A stretch of DNA of 64,000 nucleotides from an uncultured Candidatus Rokubacteria bacterium (GCA_963805625.1 CAWDVE010000021.1:224001-288000), one strand, 5' to 3'. Positions 9,463 to 27,134 are shown, counted from the first letter of the stretch. Numbers and translations are program-made. The notes: generated from the letters alone by a model not told the origin.

Positions 9463-10458
9463 CTACCTCAGCCAGCCGAGGAGCGCCGAGCTCACCCCGG
9501 CGATCAGCGCCGCCGCCGGGATCGTGAGGACCCACGCCCAGACGATCCGCCCGGCGATGCCCCAGCGCACCGCAGAGAGGCGGGTCGTGGCTCCCACGCC
9601 CACGATGGCCCCGGTGATCGTGTGGGTCGTGCTGACCGGGATCCCGGCCACCGCGGTGCCGATGAGCATCAGCGACCCGGCGGCCTCCGCGCAGAAGCCA
9701 CCGACCGGCCGCAGCCGCGTGATCCCCATGCCCATGGTCTTGACGATCCGCCAGCCGCCGGCGAGCGTCCCCAGCCCGATCGCCGCGTGCGCCGACAGAA
9801 TGACCCACAGGGGGACGTAGAACTCCGATCCGAGGTGACCGGTCGCAAAAAGGAGCCCCGCGATGATCCCCATCGTCTTCTGCGCGTCGTTAGTACCGTG
9901 CCCCAGACTGTAGAAGGCGGCCGACACGAGCTGGAGCCGCCGGAAGAGCCGGTCGACCCGGCCGGGGGACGCGCGGTGGAAGATCCAGAGTACGGCGACC
10001 ATCAGCCCGAAGGCGAGCGCGAGACCGAGGAGCGGCGAGAGGACGATGAAGAGGGCCACCTTGGCCAGGCCGGCCGGGACGAGGCTGCCCACGCCGGCCC
10101 GGGCGACCGCCGCGCCGGCCAGCCCACCGATGAGCGCATGGGAGGAGCTGGACGGGATCCCGCCGTACCAGGTGATCAGGTTCCACGCGATCGCGCCGAT
10201 CAGCGCGGCCAGGATCACGAGCGCGTCCACACTCTCCGGCCGGACGATGCCCTTGCCGATCGTCCGCGCCACGCTCACGCCGAACCCAAACGCCGCGACG
10301 AAGTTGAAGAACGCGGCCCAGACCACGGCCTGGGTGGGGCTGAGCACCCGGGTGGACACGACGGTCGCGATCGAGTTGGCCGCATCGTGGAAGCCATTGA
10401 TGAAATCGAAGAGCAGCGCGACGACGATGATGAAGACGACGAGGGCGAGGGGCTCCAT
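9463..10458 (-). CDS. pit: Inorganic phosphate transporter (PiT family)
   Basis: NGFHDAANSIATVV, GIPSSSSHA, HGTNDAQK and PVSTTH motifs. Confidence 0.95.
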   Translation of the reverse strand: MEPLALVVFIIVVALLFDFINGFHDAANSIATVVSTRVLSPTQAVVWAAFFNFVAAFGFGVSVARTIGKGIVRPESVDALVILAALIGAIAWNLITWYGGIPSSSSHALIGGLAGAAVARAGVGSLVPAGLAKVALFIVLSPLLGLALAFGLMVAVLWIFHRASPGRVDRLFRRLQLVSAAFYSLGHGTNDAQKTMGIIAGLLFATGHLGSEFYVPLWVILSAHAAIGLGTLAGGWRIVKTMGMGITRLRPVGGFCAEAAGSLMLIGTAVAGIPVSTTHTITGAIVGVGATTRLSAVRWGIAGRIVWAWVLTIPAAALIAGVSSALLGWLR

Positions 10459-10468
10459 GCGGGCGGGC

Positions 10469-11086
10469 CTAGCCCATCTTCAGCATGATGCCCTCGATCA
10501 CGTTCACGACGTCCTCACATCGGTCGGTGACCTCCTCGAGGGTCTCGTAGATCTCCTTCCACTTGATCACCTCGATCGGGTCGGTCACGTCCGCGAACAG
10601 CGCGGCGATGAGCTCCTTCAGGAGCCGGTCCGCTTCGTTTTCGAGCCGGTTCACCTCGACGCAGTGCTGGTGATACCCCTTGCTCGACGTCCGGAGGCAC
10701 TCCACGGCCGTCTTCACCGAGTCCGCCGTCTTCACGATCACGTCCGCGAAGGCCCGGGCGCCCGAGGTCGGCTCCTTGATCCGGTAGAGGACCAGCCGGT
10801 CCGCGGCCGCCTCGATGAGGTCCAGCACGTCATCGAGCCGCGAAGCCAGCGCGTACACGTCCTCCCGGTCGAAGGGGGTGACGAACGTCGTGTTGATCTT
10901 CCGGATGAGGTCGTGCGTCAGGACATCGCCGGCGTGCTCGAGCTCCTTGATGGCCATGGACTTCGCCGGCGCGTCCGCGAAGTCGAAGATCATCTCGCGG
11001 AGCCGCCCCGCCGCCGCGACGATGTTCCGCCCTTGCTCCTCGAAGAGGTCGAAGAAGCGCTCCTCCCGCGGGATCAGCTGGAACAC
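10469..11086 (-). CDS. DUF47 / PhoU-like Pit accessory protein
   Basis: ELEHAGD, TFVTPFDRED, LENEAD and WKEIYE; located immediately upstream of pit. Confidence 0.92.
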   Translation of the reverse strand: MFQLIPREERFFDLFEEQGRNIVAAAGRLREMIFDFADAPAKSMAIKELEHAGDVLTHDLIRKINTTFVTPFDREDVYALASRLDDVLDLIEAAADRLVLYRIKEPTSGARAFADVIVKTADSVKTAVECLRTSSKGYHQHCVEVNRLENEADRLLKELIAALFADVTDPIEVIKWKEIYETLEEVTDRCEDVVNVIEGIMLKMG

Positions 11087-11091
11087 GGGCG

Positions 11092-11739
11092 CTATCGCGG
11101 CCGGGCCACGGCGTCACCGCCCCGGGCGCGGGCGCGCCACCATTCCACGCCGATCGGAATCACCGAGAGCACGATGACGATGCCGATCACGATGTGGATG
11201 TAGCGCCCGATGTCCGGAATCGTCCGGCCCAGGAGGTAGCCCGCCCAGGTCAGCCCGACGACCCACCCGATGCCGCCCAGGACGTTGTAGGCGAGGAAGC
11301 GCCGGTACTCCATCCGCCCCACGCCGGCGACGACCGGCGCGAACGTCCGGATGATCGGGATGAACCGGGCGAGGACGATGGTCTTCCCCCCGTGGCGCTC
11401 GTAGAACTCGCGCGTGCGCACCAGATGCGTGCGGCTGAACCACCGCGAATCCTCCCGCGTGAAGATGTGCGGCCCCGTCCGGTACCCGATCGCGTAGCCG
11501 ACGCTGTCCCCCGCGATCGCCGCCACGCTCAGGAGCCCGTTCAGCAGCCAGATGTCGAGGCCGCCTGCGGCGGCGACGAGGCCCGCCGTGATCAGGAGCG
11601 AATCGCCCGGCAGGAAGAAACCGATCAGGAGCCCGGTCTCCGTGAACACGATCGCGACGAGGGCAACGTACCCGCCCCAGCGCACCAGCTCGTAGAGTGC
11701 GCCTGGATCGGTGAGGACCTGGACGAGATATTCGACCAC
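11092..11739 (-). CDS. dedA: DedA/VTT-family membrane protein
   Basis: FTETGLLIGFFLPGDSLL, GDSVGYAIG and ARFIPIIRTF. Confidence 0.93.
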   Translation of the reverse strand: MVEYLVQVLTDPGALYELVRWGGYVALVAIVFTETGLLIGFFLPGDSLLITAGLVAAAGGLDIWLLNGLLSVAAIAGDSVGYAIGYRTGPHIFTREDSRWFSRTHLVRTREFYERHGGKTIVLARFIPIIRTFAPVVAGVGRMEYRRFLAYNVLGGIGWVVGLTWAGYLLGRTIPDIGRYIHIVIGIVIVLSVIPIGVEWWRARARGGDAVARPR

Positions 11740-11751
11740 GCCTCCGTCCCG

Positions 11752-14241
<2,490 letters not shown>

Positions 14242-14297
14242 GTAGAGGTCTCCTGAGGCGAAAGGATGGCGTACGGGTCGGCCGTAGACCGGCGAAC

Positions 14298-14306
14298 AGT
14301 ATAGCA
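14298..14306 (-). promoter_or_regulatory. Putative extended -10 promoter for the hppA operon
   Basis: TGC-TATACT about 57 nt upstream of the ATG. Confidence 0.5.
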
Positions 14307-14388
14307 GAGCCGACTCCGCCCGAACCGGGAGCCGGGCAGGGCCGCACGGCCCTTGCCGGGTCGCGGGCGCCATGGCTACGATGAGGCC

Positions 14389-14601
14389 GTGACCGAGGCT
14401 CGCGAGCGGCCGGCCGGAGCGCGTTGCCCGACGTGTGACCGCGCCGTCTCGTGGCCGGGGAATCCCGCGCGGCCCTTCTGCTCGCTCTCCTGCCGGCTGA
14501 TCGACCTCGGAGGCTGGCTGGACGGGACCTTCCGGGTGCCGGGCGCGCCGGCCTCCCGTCCCGCGCCCACCGCGCCGGACGGGACACGCGCCGACGAATG
14601 A
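14389..14601 (+). CDS. yacG: DNA gyrase inhibitor YacG
   Basis: CPTC...RPFCSLSCRLIDLGGWL zinc-finger signature. Confidence 0.9.
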   Translation: MTEARERPAGARCPTCDRAVSWPGNPARPFCSLSCRLIDLGGWLDGTFRVPGAPASRPAPTAPDGTRADE

Positions 14602-15251
14602 TCGACGACCTCCTGCGCGACCCGGCGGGCGCCGTGCAGATGCTCCTCCTCATGGTCCCCGGGCTCCTCCTGGCCGTGACCGTCCACGAGGTCGCGCACG
14701 GCTGGGTGGCCGAGCGCCTGGGAGACTCGACGGCGCGTCTCGCGGGGCGGCTCACCCTGAACCCGCTTCCGCACATCGACCCGCTGGGCGCGCTCGCGTT
14801 CGTGCTCGCCGGCTTCGGGTGGGCGCGGCCTGTCCCGGTCAACGCGCGGAATCTCCGGCGGCCCGTGCGCGACATGGCATGTGTCGCCGCCGCCGGGCCG
14901 CTCTCGAACCTCGTCGTTGCCTTCCTCGGCCTGGTTCTCCTCGTCCTCACCAGCCGACTCGTGGACGCGCCGTTCGTCACCCGGCCGGTTGCGGGAATGC
15001 TCCGCTACGTGTACACGTTCAATCTCGGCCTTGCGATCTTCAACCTGATCCCGCTCCCGCCGCTCGACGGGGGGCACTTCCTCCCGTACTTCTTTCCCCG
15101 CCGGTCGTGGCCACTCCTGGCGCGGCTCGAGCAATACGGCCCGCTCATCCTGCTGCTGCTCGTCTTTTCCGGAGCGACCCGCTACATCGTCGGGCCCCTT
15201 TTCGGCCTGGTTAACGCGCTCTACCTCACGGTGCTGCGGGCGCTCCTCTAG
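14598..15251 (+). CDS. Site-2 protease (peptidase M50)
   Basis: HEVAH, TLNPLPHIDP, AAAGPLSN and FNLIPLPPLDG. ATGA overlap with yacG. Confidence 0.93.
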   Translation: MIDDLLRDPAGAVQMLLLMVPGLLLAVTVHEVAHGWVAERLGDSTARLAGRLTLNPLPHIDPLGALAFVLAGFGWARPVPVNARNLRRPVRDMACVAAAGPLSNLVVAFLGLVLLVLTSRLVDAPFVTRPVAGMLRYVYTFNLGLAIFNLIPLPPLDGGHFLPYFFPRRSWPLLARLEQYGPLILLLLVFSGATRYIVGPLFGLVNALYLTVLRALL

Positions 15252-15292
15252 CCGGCCGGAGAGCGGCGGCCCCGGAACAGGTCCCGAAACAG

Positions 15293-15328
15293 ACGAAGGG
15301 CCCGGATCTCGCGATCCGAGCCCTTCGT
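15293..15328 (-). terminator. Hairpin terminator after 5S rRNA (possibly bidirectional)
   Basis: ACGAAGGGCTCGGATC-GCGA-GATCCGGGCCCTTCGT stem followed by CTGTTTC, between converging genes. Confidence 0.7.
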
Positions 15329-15336
15329 GGTAATAC

Positions 15337-15453
<117 letters not shown>

Positions 15454-15522
15454 ATCGGCAAGCCTCACACGCGATCCTCGAGCGCCGTCACGTCGAATCA
15501 GGATTGGAAAGAAGCCAATCCG

Positions 15523-18520
<2,998 letters not shown>

Positions 18521-18568
18521 CGGACTAATTTCGAAGACGCTCTGGCTTCTCGAGGATCGCGTATGCGG

Positions 18569-18581
18569 TTGTCAAAGAGCC
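18569..18581 (-). promoter_or_regulatory. Spacer boxA antitermination element
   Basis: GGCTCTTTGACAA between tRNA-Ala and 23S. Confidence 0.7.
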
Positions 18582-18616
18582 GAGGGACCCCTGAGGGCCC
18601 CAAACCTTCCGACACC

Positions 18617-18692
18617 TGGTGGAGATGACCGGAATCGAACCGGCGACCCCCTGCTTGCAAAGCAGGTGCTCTCCCAACTGAGCTACATCCCC
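18617..18692 (-). tRNA. tRNA-Ala (UGC)
   Basis: GGGGATGTAGCTCAG...TTTGCAA...GGTTCGATTCC...CCACCA; 76 nt. Confidence 0.98.
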
Positions 18693-18696
18693 CAAG

Positions 18697-18773
18697 TGGT
18701 GGGCCTTCCTGGGATCGAACCAGGGACCTCGCGCTTATCAAGCGCGCGCTCTAACCAACTGAGCTAAAGGCCC
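18697..18773 (-). tRNA. tRNA-Ile (GAU)
   Basis: GGGCCTTTAGCTCAG...TTGATAA...GGTTCGATCCC...CCCACCA; 77 nt. Confidence 0.98.
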
Positions 18774-18863
18774 GGGGAAAAAAATGCTACTGGCTCGACC
18801 GGCAGGTGTTCCGACCTAGTTGATCTGATCAGGAGCTCCTCGGTCGAGGCGCTCCCGATTCGA

Positions 18864-20430
<1,567 letters not shown>

Positions 20431-20526
20431 ATATCGAGCATATTACACAGCCCCGTCGTCGGCCTTGCGGCCTCGGACAGGGCAAGGGCATGCACACCAT
20501 ATCGGTGAGCCAGTAGCATATTCGGC

Positions 20527-20538
20527 TTTCAAAGAGCA
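20527..20538 (-). promoter_or_regulatory. Leader boxA antitermination element
   Basis: TGCTCTTTGAAA in the rrn leader. Confidence 0.75.
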
Positions 20539-20635
20539 GAGACAGCCGGGTCAAGAACGACGACCGGTGATGCGAGATCAGCCGGGCGGGTGTCTCAACC
20601 GAAGCCCAAGCCGAAGACGGCCTAGGCAAAGGCAA

Positions 20636-20664
20636 ATATTAAGACCTCAGGCGCTCCCTGTCAA
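20636..20664 (-). promoter_or_regulatory. rRNA operon sigma70 promoter
   Basis: TTGACA-17 nt-TAATAT; the -35 element overlaps the tyrS TGA stop. Confidence 0.75.
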
Positions 20665-21932
20665 GGGGTTTTCCCGGACGGGGAGGAGCCCGGTGCCGGG
20701 ACGCCCCGGAGCCGGGCAAAATCGCGACGCCCCCGTTGCACCAGGCGCGTCTCCCCGGGCCGGATCTCCACGGTTTGATAGGGATCTTCGACCCGGTCCC
20801 CATCGATCCGGATCCCGCCCTGCTGGACGAGCCGGCGGGCCTCACTGGCCGAGGAGGCGAGCCGGGTGGCGAGGACGACCTCGAAGACCCGCACCGGAGT
20901 CCCAGGTGGGGATACGGGGTAGGTGACCTCGCGCACTTCGTCGGGCACCTCCCGGGCCTGATACTGCCGGACGAAGCCGTCATCGGCGGCCTGCGCCGCC
21001 GCCGCCCCGTGGAAGCGGCTGACGACGAGTTGGGCCAGCCGTTTCTTCGCCTCCATGGGATGGAGCGAGCCGTCCTGGACGCCCGCCGTCACCGCCTCCA
21101 CCTCGGCGGGCCCGAGGCCGCTCACCAGCGGGTAGTACGCGAGCATGACGGCATCGGAGACGGACATGAGCTTGCCGTACATCTCGGCGGGCGGCTCGGT
21201 GATCCCGATGTAGTTCCCGAGGCTCTTCGACATCTTCTGGACGCCGTCGGTGCCCACCAGGATCGGCATCGTGATCGAGATCTGGGGCTCCTGACCGACC
21301 GCCCGCTGGAGGTCCCGTCCCACCAAGAGATTGAAGGTCTGATCGGTGCCGCCCATCTCGACGTCCGTCCCGAGCGCGACCGAATCCTGGGCCTGAAAGA
21401 GCGGGTACAGGAACTCGTGGAGGTGGATCGGGCGCTCGGCCTCGTAGCGCGTGGCAAAGTCCTCGCGGGAGAGGAGGCGTGCCACCGTGACGTGCGCGGT
21501 CATGCGGATCACGTCCTCCGCCCTCAGCGGGGCGAGCCACGCCGAGTTGAAGACCACGCGGGTCCGCTCGGGGTCGAGGATCTTGAATACCTGGTCGCGG
21601 TATGTCTGGGCGTTGGCCTCCACCTCGACCCGGGTGAGCGGCTTTCGCGTCTCGGACTTCCCCGTCGGGTCGCCGATCAGCCCGGTGAAATCGCCGATCA
21701 CGAAGTGGACCGTGTGCCCGAGATCCTGAAACTGCCGCATCTTCTGGATCACGACGGTATGCCCAAGATGCAGGTCCGGCGCGGTCGGGTCGAAGCCGAC
21801 CTTGACCCGGAGAGGCGCACCCGCACGCCGCGCGCGCTCAAGCTTCCCCCGCAGCTCGTCCTCGCTGACGATCGCGGCGGTCCCGAGGCGGATCCGCGCG
21901 AGCTGCTCGTCGACGGGCGGGGAGGAGGCCAT
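20661..21932 (-). CDS. tyrS: Tyrosine--tRNA ligase
   Basis: [29 protein letters not shown] and a C-terminal S4 domain. Confidence 0.97.
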   Translation of the reverse strand: MASSPPVDEQLARIRLGTAAIVSEDELRGKLERARRAGAPLRVKVGFDPTAPDLHLGHTVVIQKMRQFQDLGHTVHFVIGDFTGLIGDPTGKSETRKPLTRVEVEANAQTYRDQVFKILDPERTRVVFNSAWLAPLRAEDVIRMTAHVTVARLLSREDFATRYEAERPIHLHEFLYPLFQAQDSVALGTDVEMGGTDQTFNLLVGRDLQRAVGQEPQISITMPILVGTDGVQKMSKSLGNYIGITEPPAEMYGKLMSVSDAVMLAYYPLVSGLGPAEVEAVTAGVQDGSLHPMEAKKRLAQLVVSRFHGAAAAQAADDGFVRQYQAREVPDEVREVTYPVSPPGTPVRVFEVVLATRLASSASEARRLVQQGGIRIDGDRVEDPYQTVEIRPGETRLVQRGRRDFARLRGVPAPGSSPSGKTP

Positions 21933-21941
21933 GGCGGGAGG

Positions 21942-21970
21942 GTTGTAGCACAGGCCCCGGGCCCTCGCAA
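21942..21970 (-). promoter_or_regulatory. Putative tyrS promoter
   Basis: TTGCGA-17 nt-TACAAC with TGn; the -10 ends 9 nt from the ATG. Confidence 0.45.
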
Positions 21971-21997
21971 GCAACGGAGGTCCAGGAGGGCCGAGGG

Positions 21998-22003
21998 TAT
22001 AAT
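21998..22003 (+). promoter_or_regulatory. Putative -10 element for PBP1A
   Basis: Perfect TATAAT in a very GC-rich background, 40 nt before the GTG. Confidence 0.55.
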
Positions 22004-22042
22004 GGGCGAGTTTCCCAGGCTTCACGGGAGGTCCGCGCCATC

Positions 22043-24034
22043 GTGTCCGCACGCCGTCGCCGTCGCCCTTCGGTGCCCGGTCAGCGCGCTGCGTCCGGCA
22101 GCCGTCGCCGTCGCTGGCGCTTCGTCCCCCCGTGGCCCTCGTGGCGTGTTGTCCGATGGATCCTGCTGCCTCTGCTCCTCCTTGCGGTCCTCGCGGTCGC
22201 TGGCGTCGCCGTCGCCGCGTATGTGTACTGGCCGACCGACCTCCCGCCGGTGAAGGCCCTGGAGGAGTACACGCCGAGTGTCGGGAGTCGGGTCTACGCG
22301 GACGACGACGAGTTCCTCACCGAGTTCCAGGCGGAGAAGCGCATCTTCGTGCCGTTCCAGCAAATCCCGGTGGCTCTGCGCAACGCGATCATCGCCGTGG
22401 AGGACGCGCGCTTCTACTCGCACTTCGGGGTCGACGTCCGGGGCATCCTCCGCGCCGCCTATGCGAACTTCCGCCATGGCCGCGTCGTGGAGGGCGGCAG
22501 CACCATCACCCAGCAGCTCGCCAAGGTGCTGTTCCTCACGCCGGACCGGAGCTTCTCCCGCAAGGTCAAGGAAGCCCTGCTGGCGTTCGAGCTCGAGAAA
22601 CGGTACTCGAAGGACCGGCTCCTCGAGCTCTACCTCAACCAGGTCTACATGGGTCACGGCGCGTTCGGGGTCGAGGCGGCGGCCCGGATGTACTTCGGCA
22701 AGTCGGTCCAGGACCTCACGCTGCCCGAGGCCGCCATGCTCGCCGCGCTCCCGCGCTCGCCGGGCAACTACTCGCCCTTCGAACGTCCCGAGCTGGCCCA
22801 GCGGCGGCGGGCGATCGTGGTGGGCCGCCTGCTCGAGCACGGGTACATCAGCGAGGCCGAGGCCAAGGCGACCAACCGGGCGCCGCTCGGTCTCGTCTCC
22901 TCGGAGCGCCGCCGGGGCAGCGGCCAGTACTTCCTCGAGTACCTCCAGCAGAGCCTCGAGGCCAAGTACGGGAGCGACGTCCTCTACAAGAGCGGTCTCG
23001 CCATCTATACCACCCTCGACCCGGTCCTTCAGCGAGCGGCGGAACAGGCCCTCCGGGACGGACTCCAGTCCCTGGCCGGGCGGCAGGGCGCGCGCGCCGC
23101 TGCCCGGGGCAAGGGCAGCACGGCCCCCGTGGTGCCAGAGGGGGCGGTCGTGGTGATCGAGGCCGCCACCGGCTACGTCAAGGCTCTGATCGGAGGGGAC
23201 GACTTCGCCCGGACCGAGTTCAACCGCGCGCTCCACGCGCATCGCCAGCCGGGATCGGCCTTCAAGCCGTTCGTCTACCTGGCGGCGCTCGAGGCCGGCC
23301 ATGCCCCGACCGAGATCCTCGACGACAGCCCGATCCGATACGTATCCGCGGGCAAGGTCTGGGCGCCCGAGAACTACGACGGCAAGTTCCGCGGGCCGGT
23401 CACGCTCCAGCAAGCGCTGGAGGAGTCGATCAACGTGCCGACCATCCGGCTCCTCGAGCAGGTCGGCGTGAGTCCGGTCATCGAGGCAGCACGGCGGGCC
23501 GGCATCCAGAGCCCGCTCCCGCATGACCTCACCCTCGCGCTCGGCAGCGGTGACGTGACGCTCCTCGAGCTCACCGCAGCCTACGGCACCTTCGCCAACC
23601 AGGGCATCCGCATGGAGCCGCTCATGGTCCGGTACGTGACGGACGCCCAGGGCCGCCTCGTCGAGGAGAACATCCCGCAGGGGCGGGAGGCCATCGACCC
23701 CGGCATCGCCAACGGGCTGACCCAGATGCTCCGCGGCGTCGTCGAGCGAGGCAGCGGGGTGGGCGCGCGGGTCCTCGAGCGGCCCCTCGCGGGCAAGACG
23801 GGCACGACGAACGACTTCTCCAATGCCTGGTTCGTGGGCTACACGCCCTCGATCGTGGCCGGGGTCTGGGTCGGCCACGATCGCCCCCGGAGCCTCGGCC
23901 ACGACGAGACGGGCGCGCGCGCCGCGCTGCCGATCTGGGTCGCGGTGATGCGCACGGCGCTCAGGGGCCAGCCCGTCGAGGACTTTCCCGCCCCCCCGGC
24001 CCCGCCGGCTGGCGCCCAGGCGGCGCGGCCCTGA
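22043..24034 (+). CDS. mrcA: Class A penicillin-binding protein (PBP1A family)
   Basis: TM anchor; transglycosylase [19 protein letters not shown] and RKVKE; transpeptidase SAFK, SIN and KTGT. Confidence 0.95.
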   Translation: MSARRRRRPSVPGQRAASGSRRRRWRFVPPWPSWRVVRWILLPLLLLAVLAVAGVAVAAYVYWPTDLPPVKALEEYTPSVGSRVYADDDEFLTEFQAEKRIFVPFQQIPVALRNAIIAVEDARFYSHFGVDVRGILRAAYANFRHGRVVEGGSTITQQLAKVLFLTPDRSFSRKVKEALLAFELEKRYSKDRLLELYLNQVYMGHGAFGVEAAARMYFGKSVQDLTLPEAAMLAALPRSPGNYSPFERPELAQRRRAIVVGRLLEHGYISEAEAKATNRAPLGLVSSERRRGSGQYFLEYLQQSLEAKYGSDVLYKSGLAIYTTLDPVLQRAAEQALRDGLQSLAGRQGARAAARGKGSTAPVVPEGAVVVIEAATGYVKALIGGDDFARTEFNRALHAHRQPGSAFKPFVYLAALEAGHAPTEILDDSPIRYVSAGKVWAPENYDGKFRGPVTLQQALEESINVPTIRLLEQVGVSPVIEAARRAGIQSPLPHDLTLALGSGDVTLLELTAAYGTFANQGIRMEPLMVRYVTDAQGRLVEENIPQGREAIDPGIANGLTQMLRGVVERGSGVGARVLERPLAGKTGTTNDFSNAWFVGYTPSIVAGVWVGHDRPRSLGHDETGARAALPIWVAVMRTALRGQPVEDFPAPPAPPAGAQAARP

Positions 24035-24059
24035 CGGCCGCGCCCGGCGGCGGGCGCGC

Positions 24060-24818
24060 CTACCCTTTGGGGTGCGGGGCGCGGGTCCGGGCCAGGAAGC
24101 GCGGCGCCCGGAGCGGGGCGCCGATCAGCGCCGCGAGGTAGTCGTCGAGGACCGTGGCCGCCGCCTGCTCCACGGCGGGCGCGAGCCGGGCGCCGAGGCG
24201 CGCCTCCCACGACGCCGTCTGAAGCCCCCGGAGGGCCGCTGCCACCGCCGGGGCGAGGAACGGCCCGCCCGCGCGGCAATACCCGCAGACCATGCTGCCC
24301 TCGACCGCATCGAACGCGACCCCCTGCGTGCTGACCGGCCGGTCGCAGCGTCCACACCGATCGAGCCGGGGCCGGTGGCCGAGCAGGTCGAGGAGCCGGA
24401 GCGCGAAGGCGAGCTGGACGCGGGCCGGCGCCGCGCCCGCGTCCAGCGCGCGGAGCCCCCGGAGGAGGAGCGCGAAGCAGAGGGGCTGCGCATCGCGCTC
24501 GGCCGTGAGCCGCGACACCGCCTCGATCATCCGCGCCCCCTGCCCGAGGCATTCGAGATCGTCGCGGAGCCGCCGGAACGGCTGCCGGATGTCGAAGTGA
24601 TCGAGCTGCACCAGCGCGCGCCCCTCGCGCTCGAAGCCGACCGCATCGCCCCAGGTGAAGAGTTCCAGCGCTCCGGCGAAACGCGAGCGGAGCCGGCGCG
24701 CGCCCCGGGCGACGACCGCGAGCCGCCCGTGCTCCCGGGTGTAGAGCGTGACGAGCCGATCGTACTCCCCCAGATCCCAGGCCTGGAGGACGATCCCCTC
24801 GGTCCGGAGGAGCGGCAC
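24060..24818 (-). CDS. recO: DNA repair protein RecO
   Basis: GEYDRLVTLYTREHG...VARGAR plus CGRC/CGYC zinc motif; follows era. Confidence 0.93.
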   Translation of the reverse strand: MPLLRTEGIVLQAWDLGEYDRLVTLYTREHGRLAVVARGARRLRSRFAGALELFTWGDAVGFEREGRALVQLDHFDIRQPFRRLRDDLECLGQGARMIEAVSRLTAERDAQPLCFALLLRGLRALDAGAAPARVQLAFALRLLDLLGHRPRLDRCGRCDRPVSTQGVAFDAVEGSMVCGYCRAGGPFLAPAVAAALRGLQTASWEARLGARLAPAVEQAAATVLDDYLAALIGAPLRAPRFLARTRAPHPKG

Positions 24819-24830
24819 CGCGGCCGCGCC

Positions 24831-25763
24831 TCAGGACGTCCGCTGGAAGCCGAGCTCGCGCAGCGCCCGGTCGTCCTGCCGCCAGTCCCGCCGCACGCGG
24901 ACGCGGAGATCGAGAAAGACCCGCACTCCGAAGAACGCCTCGAGCTCCCGCCGCGCGGCCTGGCCAACCCGCTTGAGCATCGCCCCACCCTCGCCGATGA
25001 CGATGGCCTTCTGGGACGGGCGCTCGACGAAGATCTCCCCGCGAATGTAGAGCGGGGCATCCGGCCCCCGCTCGACGAGCTCCTCGACCCGGACGGCGCA
25101 GGCGTACGGCACCTCCTGCCGCATGGCCAGGAAGAGCTTCTCCCGGATCGTCTCGGCGACGAAGAACGTCTCCGGCTGGTCGGTCACCGTGTCGGCCGGG
25201 TAGAGCGCCGGGCCGATGGGAAGGAGCCCGAGCGCCACCGCCTCGAGCCGGTCCACGCCCGTCCCGTTCTTGGCCGAGATGGGCACGAGCGCTCGAAAGG
25301 GGTAGCGGGCGGCGTAGGTCTCGAGGCGCGGCAGGAGCTTGGTCTTGGCGGGCACGAGGTCGATCTTGTTCAGCGCCAGCACGACGGGCGCGGTGACGGA
25401 TCGGAGCGCCTGGAAGGCTTCCTCCGTGCTCGCATCCACGGGCGCCGTCGCGTCGGCGACGAGGATGACGACGTCGACCTCCTGCAGGGCCTGCGCCACG
25501 GTCGACGCCAGGAACCGCCCGAGCTTGCCGCGCGGGGGATGGAGGCCGGGCGTGTCCACGTAGATGATCTGGCCTTCCGGGCGCGTTCGGATCCCGCGGA
25601 TGCGGTTCCGTGTGGTCTGCGGCTTCGGGGTGACGATGGCCAGCTTCTGGCCGAGCAGGCGGTTGAACAGCGTCGACTTGCCGACGTTGGGCCGGCCGAT
25701 CAGGCTCGCGAAGCCGGCGCGATGATCAGGCGCCGACGTGGAGGGTTCGGGCGGGGCGCTCAT
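24831..25763 (-). CDS. era: GTPase Era
   Basis: GRPNVGKS, PQTTR, DTPG, NKID and KH domain VIGEGG. Confidence 0.97.
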   Translation of the reverse strand: MSAPPEPSTSAPDHRAGFASLIGRPNVGKSTLFNRLLGQKLAIVTPKPQTTRNRIRGIRTRPEGQIIYVDTPGLHPPRGKLGRFLASTVAQALQEVDVVILVADATAPVDASTEEAFQALRSVTAPVVLALNKIDLVPAKTKLLPRLETYAARYPFRALVPISAKNGTGVDRLEAVALGLLPIGPALYPADTVTDQPETFFVAETIREKLFLAMRQEVPYACAVRVEELVERGPDAPLYIRGEIFVERPSQKAIVIGEGGAMLKRVGQAARRELEAFFGVRVFLDLRVRVRRDWRQDDRALRELGFQRTS

Positions 25764-26166
25764 AGAGCCGTCCAAGCAGGTCCATCTCGCGCGCGTGCAT
25801 CAGGCGCGCCTCCCGGGGCTCGCGGTCGTCATAGCCGATGAGGTGGAGACACGCGTGGCAGCACAGGAGGTCGAGCTCCTCGCGCAGGGAGTGTCCCAGC
25901 GCCCGCGCCTGGCGCCGCGCCGTTTCGACCGAGATGATCGCCTCTCCGACCACGGCGGCCGGTCCGGCCAGGGGGAACGCGAGGACATCGGTCCGCCGGC
26001 GCACACCGCGGTAGCGGGCGTTCAAGGCCCGGATCGTCCGATCGTCCACAAGCGTCAGGCTCAGCTCGTGGTCCCACACGCCCAGCGCCCGGAGCGCGGT
26101 CCGGACCGTACGGCGGATGCGCTGGAGGTCGACGGGCAGGGACTGCCGGTTGGCGACGACGATCAC
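25726..26166 (-). CDS. ybeY: rRNA maturation RNase YbeY
   Basis: LNARYRG...TDVLAF...HACLHLIGYDD. GTG overlaps the phoH stop; phoH-ybeY-era-recO synteny. Confidence 0.9.
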   Translation of the reverse strand: MIVVANRQSLPVDLQRIRRTVRTALRALGVWDHELSLTLVDDRTIRALNARYRGVRRRTDVLAFPLAGPAAVVGEAIISVETARRQARALGHSLREELDLLCCHACLHLIGYDDREPREARLMHAREMDLLGRLYERPARTLHVGA

Positions 26167-27134
26167 GTCTCGCGCCGCCGGCTCCACTCGTCGTAGGCGC
26201 GCACGATCTCGGAGACGAGCTCGTGCCGCACAACGTCCTTTTCGGTGAAGTAGACGAAGCGGATCCCCGCCACGGACTTGAGCACCGATTGAATCTCGAT
26301 CAGCCCGGACGCGCGCGTCGAGGGCAGGTCCACCTGCGTGATGTCCCCCGTGATCACCATGCGCGAGTTGAACCCAAGGCGCGTCAGGAACATCTTCATC
26401 TGCTCGGACGTCGTGTTCTGCGCCTCGTCGAGCACGATGAACGCGTCGTTCAGCGTGCGGCCGCGCATGTACGCGAGCGGCGCGATCTCGATGGCACCGC
26501 GCTCGGTCATGGTGGCGGCCTTCTCCGGCTCCATCATGTCGTAGAGCGCATCGTAGAGAGGCCGGAGATAGGGGTGCACCTTCTCGTACATGTCGCCGGG
26601 CAGGAAGCCGAGCCGCTCGCCCGCCTCGACCGCCGGCCGCGTCAGGATGATCCGCGCGACCTCGCGGCGCGTCAGGGCCGAGACCGCCATTGCCATCGCG
26701 AGATACGACTTCCCGGTCCCCGCGGGGCCGATCCCGACCACGACGTCGTGCCCGCGAATGGCCTCGACGTAGCGCTTCTGGTTGAGCGTCTTCGGGGTGA
26801 TCTGCTTCTTGCGAGAGGGCACCGGGATGGCATCGAGGAAGATGCTCTTGAGATCGGCGCTCGCATCGTCGGCCAGGACGCGCAGGGCGGCGCGAACGTC
26901 CGACGCCTGGACCGGCAGCCCAGCCCCGAGCCGAGCCAGGAGCTCCTCCACGATGCGGGCCCCACGCTCCACCTGCCGCTCGTCCCCCCGGAGGGTGATC
27001 TCGTTCCCACGGGCGACGATCCGGAGGGCAAGCTCCGCCTCCAGCAGGCGCAGGTTCTCGTCGTTCCGGCCCAGCAGGGCCCCGAGGTCGACCTCGGAGG
27101 CAAGCGTGAGACGCTGGGTGGTGGGCTCAGCCAC
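26163..27134 (-). CDS. phoH: PhoH-family ATPase
   Basis: GPAGTGKS, TRPAVEAGERLGFLPG, MRGRT, LDEAQN and GDITQVD. Confidence 0.96.
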   Translation of the reverse strand: MAEPTTQRLTLASEVDLGALLGRNDENLRLLEAELALRIVARGNEITLRGDERQVERGARIVEELLARLGAGLPVQASDVRAALRVLADDASADLKSIFLDAIPVPSRKKQITPKTLNQKRYVEAIRGHDVVVGIGPAGTGKSYLAMAMAVSALTRREVARIILTRPAVEAGERLGFLPGDMYEKVHPYLRPLYDALYDMMEPEKAATMTERGAIEIAPLAYMRGRTLNDAFIVLDEAQNTTSEQMKMFLTRLGFNSRMVITGDITQVDLPSTRASGLIEIQSVLKSVAGIRFVYFTEKDVVRHELVSEIVRAYDEWSRRRET

